This document shows positions 41,197 through 54,640 of a stretch of DNA of 64,000 nt, one piece after another. The position numbers and the translations under genes were made by a program. The first letter of the stretch is position 1. Every line of letters starts with the position of its first letter. The notes beneath the pieces were generated by a model, which worked only from the letters and a program-made list of their open reading frames with translations, was not told the DNA's origin and did no database searches. This DNA is from Octopus vulgaris. Its lineage: Eukaryota. Where the stretch lies: the NCBI GenBank assembly GCA_951406725.2, contig OX597823.1, forward strand, positions 46,438,001-46,502,000, in the 5' to 3' direction.

Positions 41197-41954
41197 CCTT
41201 TTTTCTCGAGGCACAAGGCCCGAAATTTTGTGGGAGGGGTCCAGTCGATTAGGTCGATCCCAGTCTGCAACTGGTACTTAATTTATCGATCCGGAAAGGT
41301 TGAAAGGCGAAGTCAACCTCGGAGTTAGAACAAATATTACAAACGTTTTATCTGACGTTATAATGGCTGAACTCCTTACTAGATTTGGATTCTTTTCTAC
41401 TCTAGGCACATGGCCCAAAATTTTTAGTGAGAAGCGCAGTCGATTAGATCGACCCCAGTACACAACTGGTACTTAATTTATTGACCCTGAAAGACAAAGT
41501 CGACTTTGGTGGAATTTGAACTCAGAACGTAACGGCAGATGAAATACCTATTTCTTTACTACCCACAAGGGCCTAAACACAGAGAGGACAAACAAGGACA
41601 GACAAACAGATTAAGTCGATTATATCGACCCCAGTGCGTAACTGGTACTTAATTTATCGACCCCGAAAGGATGAAAGGCAAAGTCGACCTCGGCGGAATT
41701 TGAACTCAGAACATAACGGCAGATGAAATACCTATTTCTTTACTACCCACAAGGAGCTAAACACAGAGAGGACAAACAAAACCAGACAAACGGATTAAGT
41801 CGATTATATCAACCCCAGTGCGTAACAGGTACTTAATTTATCGACCCCGAAAGGATAAAAGGCAAAGTCGACCTCGGCGGAATTTGAACGCATAACATAA
41901 AGACGGGCGAAAAGCTGTTAAGCAATGTGCTAACGATTCTGCCAGATCGTCGCC
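41197..41954 (-). mobile_element. SINE family A: truncated copy (TSD ggagttagaacaaatatt) followed by a trimer at 41390-41954
   Basis: Same gaaatacc|tatttc junctions at ~41548 and ~41732. Confidence 0.9.
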
Positions 41955-41959
41955 ATAAG

Positions 41960-42440
41960 TCGCTTACATCGATATCGACAGCAGTCTGGAGGAACCTATA
42001 AAGATCATAAACCCTTACCTTTTCTACCCTGGCCAGGTTATAGAAAACCATCTTCGGGATTTCAAACTCAATTTGTATACACATCTAACGATGCAAATAT
42101 TTTCTACAGTTTATTATTTCTGCAAGAAAAATATTGATATCAGATAATCTATTATTCTTCAAACAGGTTGCCAAAATTCCTTACTCAGTGGTATCGTACG
42201 AGACTCGGTAAAAGATATGGTGATGCTTCAATGCTGAGGCACACGGAAGAAAGGTTGATCAAAAATTTTGTTGAAGTGCTCAACCCATCTTGCTACCTTA
42301 TATCAAATTTCTCACCTTCTATTGTAGACAATGAAATGATGGTTGCTTGCTTCAACAGCTGGTTCTATTGCTTTTAAATCTCTTTCTGGGTGTGTTTTTC
42401 ATTCTTCTTCTTCTTAGAGAAGCGGATACAAAAGTACAGA
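41960..42440 (-). mobile_element. Possible decayed RTE-like LINE fragment
   Basis: Minus strand ARWVEHFNKIFDQP (RWxEHF motif); otherwise degraded. Confidence 0.35.
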
Positions 42441-44487
42441 GAAACGCCTGAACGTATGTTTGTCTTAATTCGATTAGCCTTCATATCAGTGATCGATAGA
42501 CATCCATAAATACATGCATACTCTCTCTATCCGCTCAGTCGAAGTCGACTCTCGGTCACTCGTTGGATGAGTGTCTTCCAGTCAGTTCTATCCTGGGCCG
42601 CTTCCTTCAGATTGGCCATGTCCATTCCGGTATCATTCTAAGAGCTGCCTTTTACCTTGTATTTTTGACAGGGTTAGAACTACATCACTTCTGAATTAAA
42701 GGGGATATGTCACAATCTCGGAAAAATTAGGAACAAAATTTTCAGAATAATTCTCAACATTTAATATATGAACCTTCCTAAATGACAGCTTGGTCCGAGT
42801 TCTACTGGCTACGTTTACTTCTTTTTGATATGCTTATTGTATCCTGAAACTGTATTTAATTTGGATTTTATGTATCTCTTTCAAAAATGTCCTTAAGCTA
42901 TTATATTGTTTTATTCAAGCCATTTTCCGAATATACAGCTGTTTAAATACCATCAATTACAAATTATTATGCTTGGGGCTTCTTTAGAAATTGTTTATTC
43001 TGTAATTTCCTCTTTCCATAATATTTTACTTAGTTTATTGCATAACATTTTACCTATTTGGGAAACCAGTCTCTACGACTTAGATAATACGATACAAATT
43101 GTGTTAAACTAAGGCGAAAGTGGTCTATTTCTGATTAAGTTAAAGATGTTACATTAGGGTGAGATTCTTTCTCTTTAAAATAATGAAAAATGATGTCAAC
43201 GATTTCGTTTTCCAATTATTGAAATTAAATTTAGTGTGAAAACAATTAATTTCTTGTAATTTTATGCATTAAGGTGAAGTTAACGTATATTATATTTTTT
43301 CAGTTTATAATATACCTAGAGGTGAAAACAAACAGCATAAATGAAACAATTAGCACATCAGTGACTTATAAATAATAGCTGTATAGCCTCATTTTTCATA
43401 AAGTTGGATCGCGATGAAATGGTGTAAGACAATGTTTTTGAAAGTGGGGTAAAACATTAGGAAAAATTATCGTCATATAAATATAATTTTGAACAGATAC
43501 CGTTGTTACTAAAACAAACGAAACATTTAATATAATTAAAACGGTTGTTGTAAAATGAAGTTTGGGAAACTAAGAAATCCAACGTATTTCATTGAATTTT
43601 TCCGAACCAGTTTTATTGCCAAACACGCTAAGACGATTTGCTTTAGTTTGATAGAAAGAAGAAAACCTAAAACTTCTAATAGCAGGTCATATGTTTAATG
43701 TTTGTGTCATTATTTTTTTCTCTTTAGAATAAAATTAATTGAATTATTTTAAACAACGCTATGCACTTACATGTTATAGAAGTGAAATAACATTTATTCC
43801 TATCTAGATTAGTAGTTCATATTGCAACTGGCATGATACTGTTTTGAAATAACCGTACAGAAGAAAAGAACTGGTCGGCAGACAAATTCAAACACCAATT
43901 AATTCATTAATCCTGGTCTGACGGATTTGAGCCTCGAACGCCAACCAGAGCAATTACCGAAAATTTTATAGATTAAGTCTTGTGGAATGTATTTATTCTT
44001 CGTGGCTTACACACACACACGTATATATATGGAGATAGATAGATATACACACACACACAGTCGCGCGTCTTTTGCTTGCTTCGATAATTGGGCTGCGACT
44101 ATTCTATGACACCAAGTTGAAGGGTTTTAAAAGTTTTAGAGTTCCTCTTTATACAAGCAGTCAATATAGGCGAACCTAAATGCAGAATATGTACTGTTAA
44201 CTCTTCGGTTGGTATTCGAACATCTGGTCGAATAATCTACCTTTAACTCCCCGTAATTCCTATAAACTTACAGGGAGTTGAAGGTAAAATTTGCGAAAAA
44301 AAGTTTAACAAATCGGATGCGCTAAGTTAATAGAATCCAATAGTTACACAAACATTTATTTTTTCTTATTATTGACTAGAAGAATATATGGCGGATTGGA
44401 TTTGAATCCAGAACAGAGAAGTTAAGTACCATAAGGTTTATTACCCGTTGCCCTACCGATTGTGTCAACCACTGGCCAATAATTCTA

Positions 44488-44643
44488 AGTCTTTACGATC
44501 TGAGTTCAAATTCCGCCGAAGTCCACTACGACTTTCATTCTTTTGGGTTCAATAAATTAGGTACCAGTTGCGTACTGGGGTCGATCGAATCGACTGGCTC
44601 CTCCCCACAAATTTCGTGCCTTGTGCCTAGAGTAGAAAAGAAT
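44488..44643 (+). mobile_element. SINE family A (tail type 2), 5'-truncated
   Basis: Core plus ccttgtgcctagagtagaaaaga tail. Confidence 0.85.
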
Positions 44644-45000
44644 AATTCTAATAGTCCTTCAACAAAGAGTCTGTCGTGGAAGTGAGATCAAATAGCAACA
44701 CGGTCTTCAAGAATTTAGTCGGTCATATTTACTCCTTACTTCTATTTGATGTTTTCATTTGCGTTAATCGTCAATCTGCTATTTTACTGAGCATAAAGTG
44801 ATATAACATCAATTTCAAGGCACGCAGCCAAACACATACCCACACAGTATGTGTGTGTGTATGTATATATATATATAAAACCCCACTAGAATGGGAGAAA
44901 GCGCTAATGATCTAGGTGATATGATATATATATAAAAAATGTAATATACAAATAAATATCTGTAAATATAAACCATCCGATTTTCTGAGTACCTCATTTC

Positions 45001-45062
<62 letters not shown>

Positions 45063-45073
45063 GATAGATAGAG

Positions 45074-45145
<72 letters not shown>

Positions 45146-45368
45146 TCAATGACCTTTGACGCATATTACAGAACTTCTTTAATATTAAAGTTTTGAAACT
45201 TCAAGTTTAACAACCACACTAACAATTAATCTTTCCTATATTGATGCTAGATTCCATTCCACAGAAACTGCAAATCAATGAGATGCTGCTTTCTTGCACT
45301 GTTTTCTTTTTTCTTTGCCATTTACATACAAGAGCTGCATTTGTATCCTGTTATATAATATAGATGTA

Positions 45369-46114
45369 GAGGCGCGTATCTTAGTGGTTAGGGTGTCAGC
45401 ACCATGATCGTAAGATTCTGGTTTCCATTCCTGCACCGGGCGACGCGTTGTGTTCTTGAGCAAAGCACTTCATTTCTCGCTGCTCCAGTCCACTCAGCTG
45501 GCACAAAGGAGTAACGCTGCGATGGACTGGCATCCCGTCCAGCTGGGGAACACATACGCCATAGAAACCGGGAAACCGGGCCCATGAGGCTGGCTAGGCT
45601 TTAAAAGGGCGCGGACACAGCACTTGATTATGCTGCTCATACAGATGTTTTAGCGGCGTTTCGTCCGTTTTTTACGTTCTGTGTTGAAATTCCACCGATG
45701 TCGACTGTGCCTTTCATCTTTTCGGGATCGGTAAAATAAGTACCAGTTGAGTACTGGGGTCAATGTAATCGACTTATTCCTTCCCGCGAATTTGCTGCCC
45801 TTGTGACAAAATTTGAAACCAGTATTAAATGGGTTTTTTTCGCCCTTTTCAACCCTAGCCAAGCTCATGGGCCCGATTTCCCGGTTTCTGTGGTGTATGT
45901 GTTCCCCCCAGCTGGATGGGACGCGAGTCCATCGCAGAGTTACTCAAGAAACAGGAAGAGAGAGTGAGAGAGTACAACAGGGGTTTCCACCACCCCCTGC
46001 CGGAGCCTCCTGGAGCTTTTAGGTGTTTTCGCTTAATAAACACACACAACGCCCGGTCTGGGAATCGAAACCGCGATCCTCCGATTGCTAGTCCACTGGG
46101 TCATTGCGCCTCCA
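45369..46114. mobile_element. SINE cluster: family C (+, 45369-45613), family A (+, 45645-45822), family D (-, 45842-46114)
   Basis: Similarity to the other copies of each family. Confidence 0.85.
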
Positions 46115-46673
46115 CATTAAATGTATTAGTGATTTGAAAATATCACGCAACTTCAAACTTAAAGAAATAAGGAATTGTAGTGGATTGAACCTGTAATGTC
46201 TATGCCTGGGTCAAAGTGATGTTCAATAGGAAGCCGTTATGTTTATTACAGTACTTCCAAAAAAACATAAAAAAAGATACACAATTTTGCTGTAATCTAT
46301 GGAGGAAGGAGATATGAACTGTAATATTCATATGATTCCCATAAGCAGTCATACATAAAACAAAAGATCATGAACTGTGAATCAAAGCCAATTAGCGCGC
46401 ACATATATTTAAACTAACGAAATCCTACGCACGAATATCGGAAGTTAAATTATAGATTAATTATGTTTTTACCGGAAGTTGTATATTTAGTTAATTATAG
46501 TGAATATCGTTCCCGAGAAAAACCTTAAAGGCACGAGCACGGTTGTATCGCTTAGGAGGTCGCTTCTATGGTTTAAGAGACCACGTAGTTCGAAGTTCGA
46601 TGCCCCTAGGCAACATTTTAGACTAATGTTTTGTGAACGAAAATGGCACGTAGAAGCTGAGTAGGGTTCATTG

Positions 46674-46732
<59 letters not shown>

Positions 46733-46737
46733 ATATA

Positions 46738-46788
<51 letters not shown>

Positions 46789-47105
46789 TTATACATATAT
46801 ACATATTTATACATATATACATATTTATTTATACATATACATATATAGGATTGTGTGTATATATGTATATATATTTATATATGTATATATTTATATATAT
46901 GTATATATTTATATATATATATATGTATATATAATTATATATATATGTATATAAATTTATATATATGTATATATATTTATATATATATGTATATATATTT
47001 ATACTTATATGTATATATGTATATATATATTTATGTATCTATGTACATATATATTTATGTAGCTATGTATATATATATTTATATATATATGTATGTATAT
47101 TTATA

Positions 47106-47160
<55 letters not shown>

Positions 47161-47164
<4 letters not shown>

Positions 47165-47798
47165 TGCAAAAGTAATGTCCGATTTAAAAATCTATGGTAA
47201 AAATGAATAAGCCAATGACTATGGGAATATTTATTCATTAACATATTCTCCATTGCTTTCAATGACCTCCTTCCACCTTTCAACAACTTTATAGATGCCC
47301 CGCTTGTAAACCCCGCTGTAGGTTTAGAACCAAAATATGAATCCAACTCATTTTCGGTCTCTTCTCTTGTTGCTAACATAAATCTATCAAAACGGTTCTG
47401 TAGTCCTCGGAGCAAATGATAATCAGAAGGAGCAAGGCCAGGAGAATATGGAGGATGAGGCAGCATTTCTCAACCAAGTTCTTCCAAGGGAGTTTTGGTC
47501 AGTCGAGCTGTGTGAGGACGAGCATTATCGTGACGGAGGATGACACCCTTTTTATTAACCAAGGATGCTCGCTTTTATCTCTACGAAGTAGCTCACAGTA
47601 AAGATTAGCATTAATTGTTTGATTGTTTCCAACAGTTCATAATGGATTACTCATTTGATATCCCACCATACACTCAACATGATCTTGTTTGGATGAAGTC
47701 CTGCTCTCGGTTGTTGAACTGGCTGTCCTCCTCAACTGATCCAAGAACGGCGGCATTTAACATTATGATAAAGAATCCACTTCTCATCACCTGTAACA
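47161..47798 (-). mobile_element. Mariner transposase catalytic (DD34D) domain remnant with 3' end
   Basis: VTGDEKWILYHN, GVILRHDNARPHTA, LPHPPYSPGLAPSDYHLL. Confidence 0.92.
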
Positions 47799-48000
47799 TA
47801 TATTTTACATATATATTTGTATATAGGTATATATATGTATATATGTATGAATATGTATATGCTTATGTATGTATAATTTTAAATTAATAATAAAAGGGTA
47901 AAATAAATTAATGAAATTAATTAATTGATCAATTAATTAATTAATAATTTTACTAATAGATCGGTACATTAAAATAGCCTCTATAGGTAAAATTATGCAA

Positions 48001-48201
48001 ATATTCTATAATTGTATACATAATTATAATTAAGAGTCCGGTAATTACTTCACCACATACCGAATTTAGAAATAGGAGTTAAAAATTCCTTTTCTACTAC
48101 TGTAGTAGGAAAGGAATTTTTAACTCCTATTTCTAAATTTGGTATGTGGTGAAGCAATTAGCTGACCCCTAGTTATAATTATGTTTCTAATTATAGAATA
48201 T
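48001..48201. repeat. Long palindrome, 100-bp arms, 1-nt loop at 48101
   Basis: Base-by-base symmetry about 48101 with scattered mismatches. Confidence 0.92.
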
Positions 48202-48282
48202 ATGTATGTATACATGTATATACATGTGCATGTGCATGTATATATATGTGTATATATATGTATGTGAATATATGTATATGTT

Positions 48283-48328
<46 letters not shown>

Positions 48329-48362
48329 CATATGCATGTGCATGTATGTATATGTGAATATA

Positions 48363-48399
<37 letters not shown>

Positions 48400-48407
48400 G
48401 TACATAT

Positions 48408-48572
48408 GACGATTTTCTCCCTCCGTCTTCCTTTCAATTGGACTTCCCTCTGTTTCTGTAGAAGAGCGTTGCTCGAAATATTAAACCATCTTTCTTTGAG
48501 CGTCTTCTAATATTTTACCTGAACCACGCATTCGCGTTGTTTAATTTGTGTATGTTCTTTGTTTCGGATTAT
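48408..48572 (+). mobile_element. Second, degenerate copy of the hammerhead-bearing repeat at 14250-14453
   Basis: gttt-CTGTAGA-a-gagc/gtt/gctc-GAAA-tatt-aaac at 48452-48486; flanking similarity; between TA tracts. Confidence 0.65.
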
Positions 48573-48576
48573 TGTA

Positions 48577-48627
<51 letters not shown>

Positions 48628-48698
48628 TTGTATGTGTGTGTATAAATATATGTGTATATATACAAGTATATATATATATATATGTATATATGTATACG

Positions 48699-48729
<31 letters not shown>

Positions 48730-48863
48730 TTATAGATATACATATATATTTATATATATATATATGAATGTATATATAAATATCTATCTATATCTATATA
48801 TATATATATATATATATGTACATATGCACACATATATGTATATATATGTGTATGTATATACAC

Positions 48864-48920
<57 letters not shown>

Positions 48921-49276
48921 TATATGTATATATATGTGTGTATGTGTGTTTGTGTATATGTGTGTGTTCAACGACAGGCCGCTGTTGATCAACCGAGCAA
49001 CTTCTCATGAAAATATTTTTCGAATGTGAGGAACTATGCAAGAATAACTTGTAGGAAAAACTAAATCTGACACTGGCTGCAAATGGTTCCAATTGTCGAG
49101 GAATATTTACTGTTGAATCTTAGGTGTATAATGGCCCAACCTGGCGGTACTGACGAGGCATCACTTAATTGCGTTGTATACTGTGATACAGTAGGGGAAG
49201 TAAATCAAATTTTTTTTCTCTTAGTTTCACTCGAATACCCTCTTAAGTTCTGACCATGTTTTCTAAAAACTGTTAC

Positions 49277-49499
49277 CCAGACTAGGATTTCTAAAATGTG
49301 GCGATAATTCATTGCACACTTCATTCATTATAAATATTTTCAAACAACTCTTAGAAAAGCATTGATTTTCTATCTCCAAGTTCAGCGCGTTAACTTTCAG
49401 ACGTCTTTTAAACCAGTACCAGAGATAAGAAATTTCAGTACAGCAGTGCAGGTAACTCACGCATTTGCGACAAAGAATTACTGCTACTGAATGTGTAGA
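49277..49499 (-). CDS. Candidate exon of unidentified minus-strand gene (STHSVAVIL…WYWFKRRLKVNALNLEIENQCFSKSCL…RNPSL)
   Basis: 74 open codons between a tag| acceptor and |gtaaca donor; phase-0 start. Confidence 0.45.
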
Positions 49500-49695
49500 C
49501 TAGTCGAAAGTGGACACGATATCATCCTTGGTTCTTGCGGTGTAGAAGAGTTATATCTTGGTCATCATCTAAAACGGGTAAAAAGGCATCTTACCAATAG
49601 TTAGTCATAATCGAATCCGAATTAACATCCACCATATATATATATATATATATGTATATATAGATAGATAGATATATATATATATATATATATAT

Positions 49696-49758
<63 letters not shown>

Positions 49759-50519
49759 TGAGAAGAGTGAGAGATCTGAGGCAAATTCAAGATGGCGCTA
49801 GTTAAACGTATCTGCGACAACATCTGAGCAATGTACGTATAAAAGTATCTTGTCTTATTCCACAAAGGTTAAACATACAAACTGCTTCACTGTCGCCATC
49901 GGAGAAATTTATAGAACAGTTATTGACTCCTTAGAAATCAGTAATGTATGATGTTATAGTTTACATATACAGGATGCAAAAAAGAAAAACAGAAAAACAG
50001 TTTTGTACCCCGGTGGAATCTCATTCGATTTATTTTCACTGTTAATAACCTCGAGAAAAGCACGAACATGGCACAATCATGTCTTCCTTTGCATTTGATT
50101 AAAAGATGTTTGATTTATTTATTTTTATTAAAAGTAATTGCAAAGGCCCATAGCCTTTTTGTCAAGGCTGTATACTCTCGAATGCATGATCAATGTTTCG
50201 ATTCCTGCACCAGGCGATGCATCGAGTTCTTGAGCCTTGTGTTCTTGAGCGAAATATTTCATTTGGCGTTGCTCTGAGATCACTTCCACATCTAACTTGA
50301 GGCACTCTGTACACCAGTACAATCAATGTTGATTCGATGGAGGGAGCGAACTGATGTGCAGCACAAACATTTGATCACCATAAGCAAATTATCTATGCAA
50401 GTTGTTCAGCAAGAAATGGCGGACCCCTCATCTGAAGAGACCTTCACGTTAACTGTAATTATCTAAAACCATTTATAGCAATCTCTCTGTCCACCACTCT
50501 TCCCTCTCTGCACACACAT

Positions 50520-50581
<62 letters not shown>

Positions 50582-51053
50582 ACACACACACACACACACA
50601 AAACATACATTAAATGCAGAAGTAGGAAATCCAAAGATAGTTGTTATACGCTATTAGCTTTGTTTCGTCACTCGTCAAACTGACTGCAAAATGTTCTGAT
50701 TTAGTTTAGCTAATGAGGCAACTTATCTATCGAGTCTATCATTGACAATAGGGCGTTAGCATGTGAAAAGTACACAGATTTTCATTGAGCTTATAAATGT
50801 AAACTCGGAATTAAATTACTTGCAGTTCTATATGTTTCTTACTCCTGTTTTCCCCAGCACTCCTACCTTTGTTTAGTCCTGAAAATTTATTTTATTTTTA
50901 AGAAAGATTATTAGTGAAACGTTATTTCTCCTTGTTTACGCTTCTTTGCTCCTGTTATTGCTTAACCACAGATCAACCTTTATCGAACAGACGTATGATA
51001 AAAGGCATTCTGGGTGTGTTCATCACGTTTTTCCCTTCCTCTAGCCGCGTGAA

Positions 51054-51370
51054 GGCGCGTAGCTTAGTGGTTAGGGCATTCGGATCATATGTTCGTATGT
51101 TCAATTTCCGGTGACGCGTTGTGTTTTTTTGCGCAAGACACTTTATTACACGCTGTTCCAGTTCACTCAGCTGGTAAAAATGAGTAGTTCTTATATTTCA
51201 AAGGGCCAGCTTTGTCACATTCTGTGTCACGTTGAATCTCCCTGAGAACTACGTTAAGAGTACGCGTCTCTGTGGTGTGCTCAGCCACTTGCACGTTAAT
51301 TTCACGAGCAACCTGTTCCGTTGATCGGATTAACAGGAACCCACGTCGTCGTAACCACTGGAATGCCAGT
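51054..51370 (+). mobile_element. SINE family C variant (another at 50140-50440)
   Basis: tagcttagtggttaggg head, ttgtgttttt…caagacactt, ccagttcactcagctgg. Confidence 0.75.
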
Positions 51371-51700
51371 ACATCTTATATGTCTTTTTTCTAAGATAGC
51401 ACAGTGGAATTTGAGGAAAATTTGGCAGTTATTTCAAGAAAGGTGAATGAGCACGTAGAGGCTGCCAGGTAGATTGAAAGGACAAACCTGTTCAACAAGC
51501 AAAGTTATATTTTTCAAATTTGTACTAAAACATAGAAAAAGGGACTTTATAACAGAAAGGTAAATACGATATAATACTCCCTATATGTTTAAAGACAAAC
51601 GATATCTTCTGGAATTGTTTTTTTTTTATTATTCCCGTGGATAGACATTCATTTCTCATACACGATACGTTATCTTAATGCCACATATAAAATGTTATAC

Positions 51701-51821
51701 CTGTGAACATTTTGATTTAGAATTTGAAAGATCCGTTGACACATATGTTTTTAAAATATTTTTCAGAACAAATTTCCAGACATTAAAGAAGAATGGCGTG
51801 TAATAGACTGTGTATAAGATA
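51701..51821 (-). CDS. Candidate exon (ILYTVYYTPFFFNVWKFVLKNILKTYVSTDLSNSKSKCSQ)
   Basis: Strong acceptor ttctcttattttcttccacag, donor cag|gtataa, 121 nt, open only in phase 2 to 0, matching the upstream exon end. Confidence 0.6.
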
Positions 51822-51865
51822 CTGTGGAAGAAAATAAGAGAAACAATAAACAGAATACATTTGTG

Positions 51866-51950
<85 letters not shown>

Positions 51951-52880
51951 CTTTCTTTCATTCTGAGTAGAAAAAGGTGTACACCAATTCGTTCCATCAC
52001 AATGAAGTATCACTGATATCATCCTAATTAGGACAGTCGATAGTTATTGTCAACAGACGACAGAATAATTACAGGCACTGATAAAACCACCTAGTTAAGA
52101 TCGCTTAAGGTTGCTTCTATAATTAAAATCAATATATTTACAATATTTCTCTCAAATCACCATCTGGATTAGTTAGGCAATGCTATGTTATTATCCTCTG
52201 AATATCTAAATAATCAGTCAACTATGTTTCGTTACTTCCGTGGGGAGGTGTAATCCTGATTCGATTCCAAGTAAAAGACAAAAGTATTTCCGTTTTGCAC
52301 TGAAATTCCTAAAATAACGAACTCTTCTTTGTTCTGCTATATTACAGTATTTTAAAACAGATATCTGTGACTAATCAAATGAAATAACTAGAAAATATAA
52401 GAACGCTTTCTTAGTTGGAATACTATATAAATATTTGTATTACACAATATTTCATCCATAGCAGCGTTGTTAAGTTTATTTTGGTTATGGAAGAACAAAA
52501 ATGTCAGGAAATCTGAGGGACTACTGACTAATTTCAGTTTGATTTAAAAGAACGAAATCTTTTATTATATATTTATTTATTTATTTATTCCTTATTTAGC
52601 TCAGCTGAGCTAGGTTAAATTTTCATGGAAGTATTATATTGGATAGAGAAAGCTGAATGTAGTTCTGAGAAAAAGACAAAAGTTTATGTAATGGAATATC
52701 TGAGGAATTATAGATATTCTGAAGACATTTTTTGGCAAGAAATTAGCATGCACTGTTATAGTTGTGAGCGGATGTAAGAATTACTATATTTCCTCCTCTG
52801 GTAGTTAGTCTGTAAATGTTGCTACTAAATGCGAAATCTGGCTGGTAGCTCACAAATGCTCAATGGAAAAAATCTCTCAC

Positions 52881-53128
52881 ATCATCTTGAAATATCTCAA
52901 ACCGAATTTCTTCAAGTTCCACATGGCCTTACAAAGATCTACAATATTTAAAACCGTTCGGGTATATGTATAAAATACTTTCAGCAGCATGGAGTCACGA
53001 TTTCATATTCGACATAAAGGAAAATGCGTGAAGAGTTTAAAGCGTTGGATAGCTTGCATTAAAATGGATTGCTTTGTGGTAATTATTTCCGTTCTCAGCT
53101 CACCCCTTTGTTCGGTTACATTAGTAAT
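52881..53128 (-). CDS. Candidate exon with one in-frame TGA (53005-53003), or two small exons 53128-53104 + 52938-52881
   Basis: aacag| acceptor in phase 0 and at|gtgaga donor in phase 2 fit both neighbours; ITNVTEQ…FPLCRI*NRDSMLLK…KFGLRYFKM. Confidence 0.45.
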
Positions 53129-53421
53129 CTGTTATATTCAAATCTCATCTAGGTCAACACATTTGTCTTCCTCTCGTTCTTTCTATCTAGTTGTCAGACT
53201 CTCTTCTGAAAGAAATCAGCTGACCACAGCTAATTTCCTACTGAAGATTTAACAGGAGTTGGGATCCGAAAGTAAACCAATACATTCGAGTATTAAACAC
53301 ATCTTTTACCATGAATTATTTATCATAGAGCAGGCAAATATTTCACTTGGTTGACATGAAAGATCATAAAATTTATAAGTCGCCTGTCTACAATGCTATT
53401 TCGTGTTGCAAACATAAATAC

Positions 53422-53562
53422 CTTTTCGGAAAGATTAGTTTTGATATCATCAGTAAGTACGAAGACAGATGTTGATGGCGTGGAATTCGCATTTTGGTCA
53501 ACTTGGTGTATCTTTTTACAGTGATATAACTCTTTCATCAATTTAAAATTATTTTCTAACCC
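53422..53562 (-). CDS. Candidate exon (GLENNFKLMKELYHCKKIHQ…KTNLSEK)
   Basis: ccccttttctttag| acceptor, aag|gtattt donor, 141 nt, phase 0-0, open. Confidence 0.65.
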
Positions 53563-54006
53563 CTAAAGAAAAGGGGACTAATTAATTTCCTTTTCAAAAT
53601 TAGTCTTTATAAACAGGACATATGGTTCTCTTGTTGTCTTTTATTACTTTAATTTCATTGTTAGTCTACTTTTTAAACATTTTCGCGTGCTTTTTTCGCA
53701 TGTGATTAATACTGGTATATAAATATAGAGCTAATTATATTAGTTACAGTTATATTGTTAAAATATAATCTATTTAATTAATTATATTGTTAACAGTCAA
53801 TAATACGACTCCTAATTTATAGCATATTTCGTGACTTACAAATGATTAGAATAAAGTTTCAAAAGTTATTAAATTCAACTTTTGCTCAGTCAAGAAGAAA
53901 TCTTGAATTTTTTGGTCTTGGATAAAACTTTCCAAAAATTTGACAGAATGGCTGACTAACTAAATTGTGATAGTATATTGATTATAGTATAAAATAAAGA
54001 ACGTAC

Positions 54007-54126
54007 AGTCTTTAAAAGTTCCTTCTGCGTGCAGAGAAAGAGTGGTCCAGCATTTTGGGTCATGATAGAAATCCTTGTCTTGAAAGTTTTATTCATTTTA
54101 CAACTAAAAAATTTCATTATCGCGAA
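54007..54126 (-). CDS. Candidate exon (FAIMKFFSCKMNKTFKTRISIMTQNAGPLFLCTQKELLKT)
   Basis: tttttctcctttcag| acceptor, |gtacgt donor, 120 nt, phase 0-0, open. Confidence 0.68.
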
Positions 54127-54232
54127 CTGAAAGGAGAAAAACTTGATTCATTCAGATGTTCCTTATTAAGTGAGCTCATCCTCTTTATTCTTTTCAATAA
54201 GTTGCTTCCTGTCATATGTGTCTCTTTTATTA

Positions 54233-54640
54233 GCAGGAGTGGCTGTGTGGTAAGTAGCTTGCTAACCAACCACATGGTTCCGGGTTCAGTCCCACTGCGT
54301 GGCATCTTGGGCAAGTGTCTTCTGCTATAGCCCCGGGCCGACCAATGCCTTGTGAGTGGATTTGGTAGACGGAAACTGAAAGAAGCCTGTCGTATATATG
54401 TATATATATATATAGTGCGTGTGTATATGTTTCTGTGTCTGTGTTTGTCCCCCCTAGCATTGCTTGACAACCGATGCTGGTGTGTTTACGTCCCCGTCAC
54501 TTAGCGGTTCGTCAAAAGAGACCGATAGAATAAGTACTGGGCTTACAAAGAATAAGTCCCGGGGTCGATTTGCTCGACTAAAGGCGGTGCTCCAGCATGG
54601 CCGCAGCCAAATGACTGAAACAAGTAAAAGAATAAAAGAG
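54233..54640 (+). mobile_element. SINE family B, young full-length copy
   Basis: Near-identical to 11400-11800. Confidence 0.92.

Noticed and set aside
42168-42377. 69-aa plus-strand ORF as a host exon
   Set aside because: The opposite strand shows a LINE-type RWxEHF motif; more likely retroelement debris.
49788-49830. CAAGATGGCG (YY1/Kozak-like) as a plus-strand gene start
   Set aside because: The frame stops after 11 codons and no supporting plus-strand exon chain was found.
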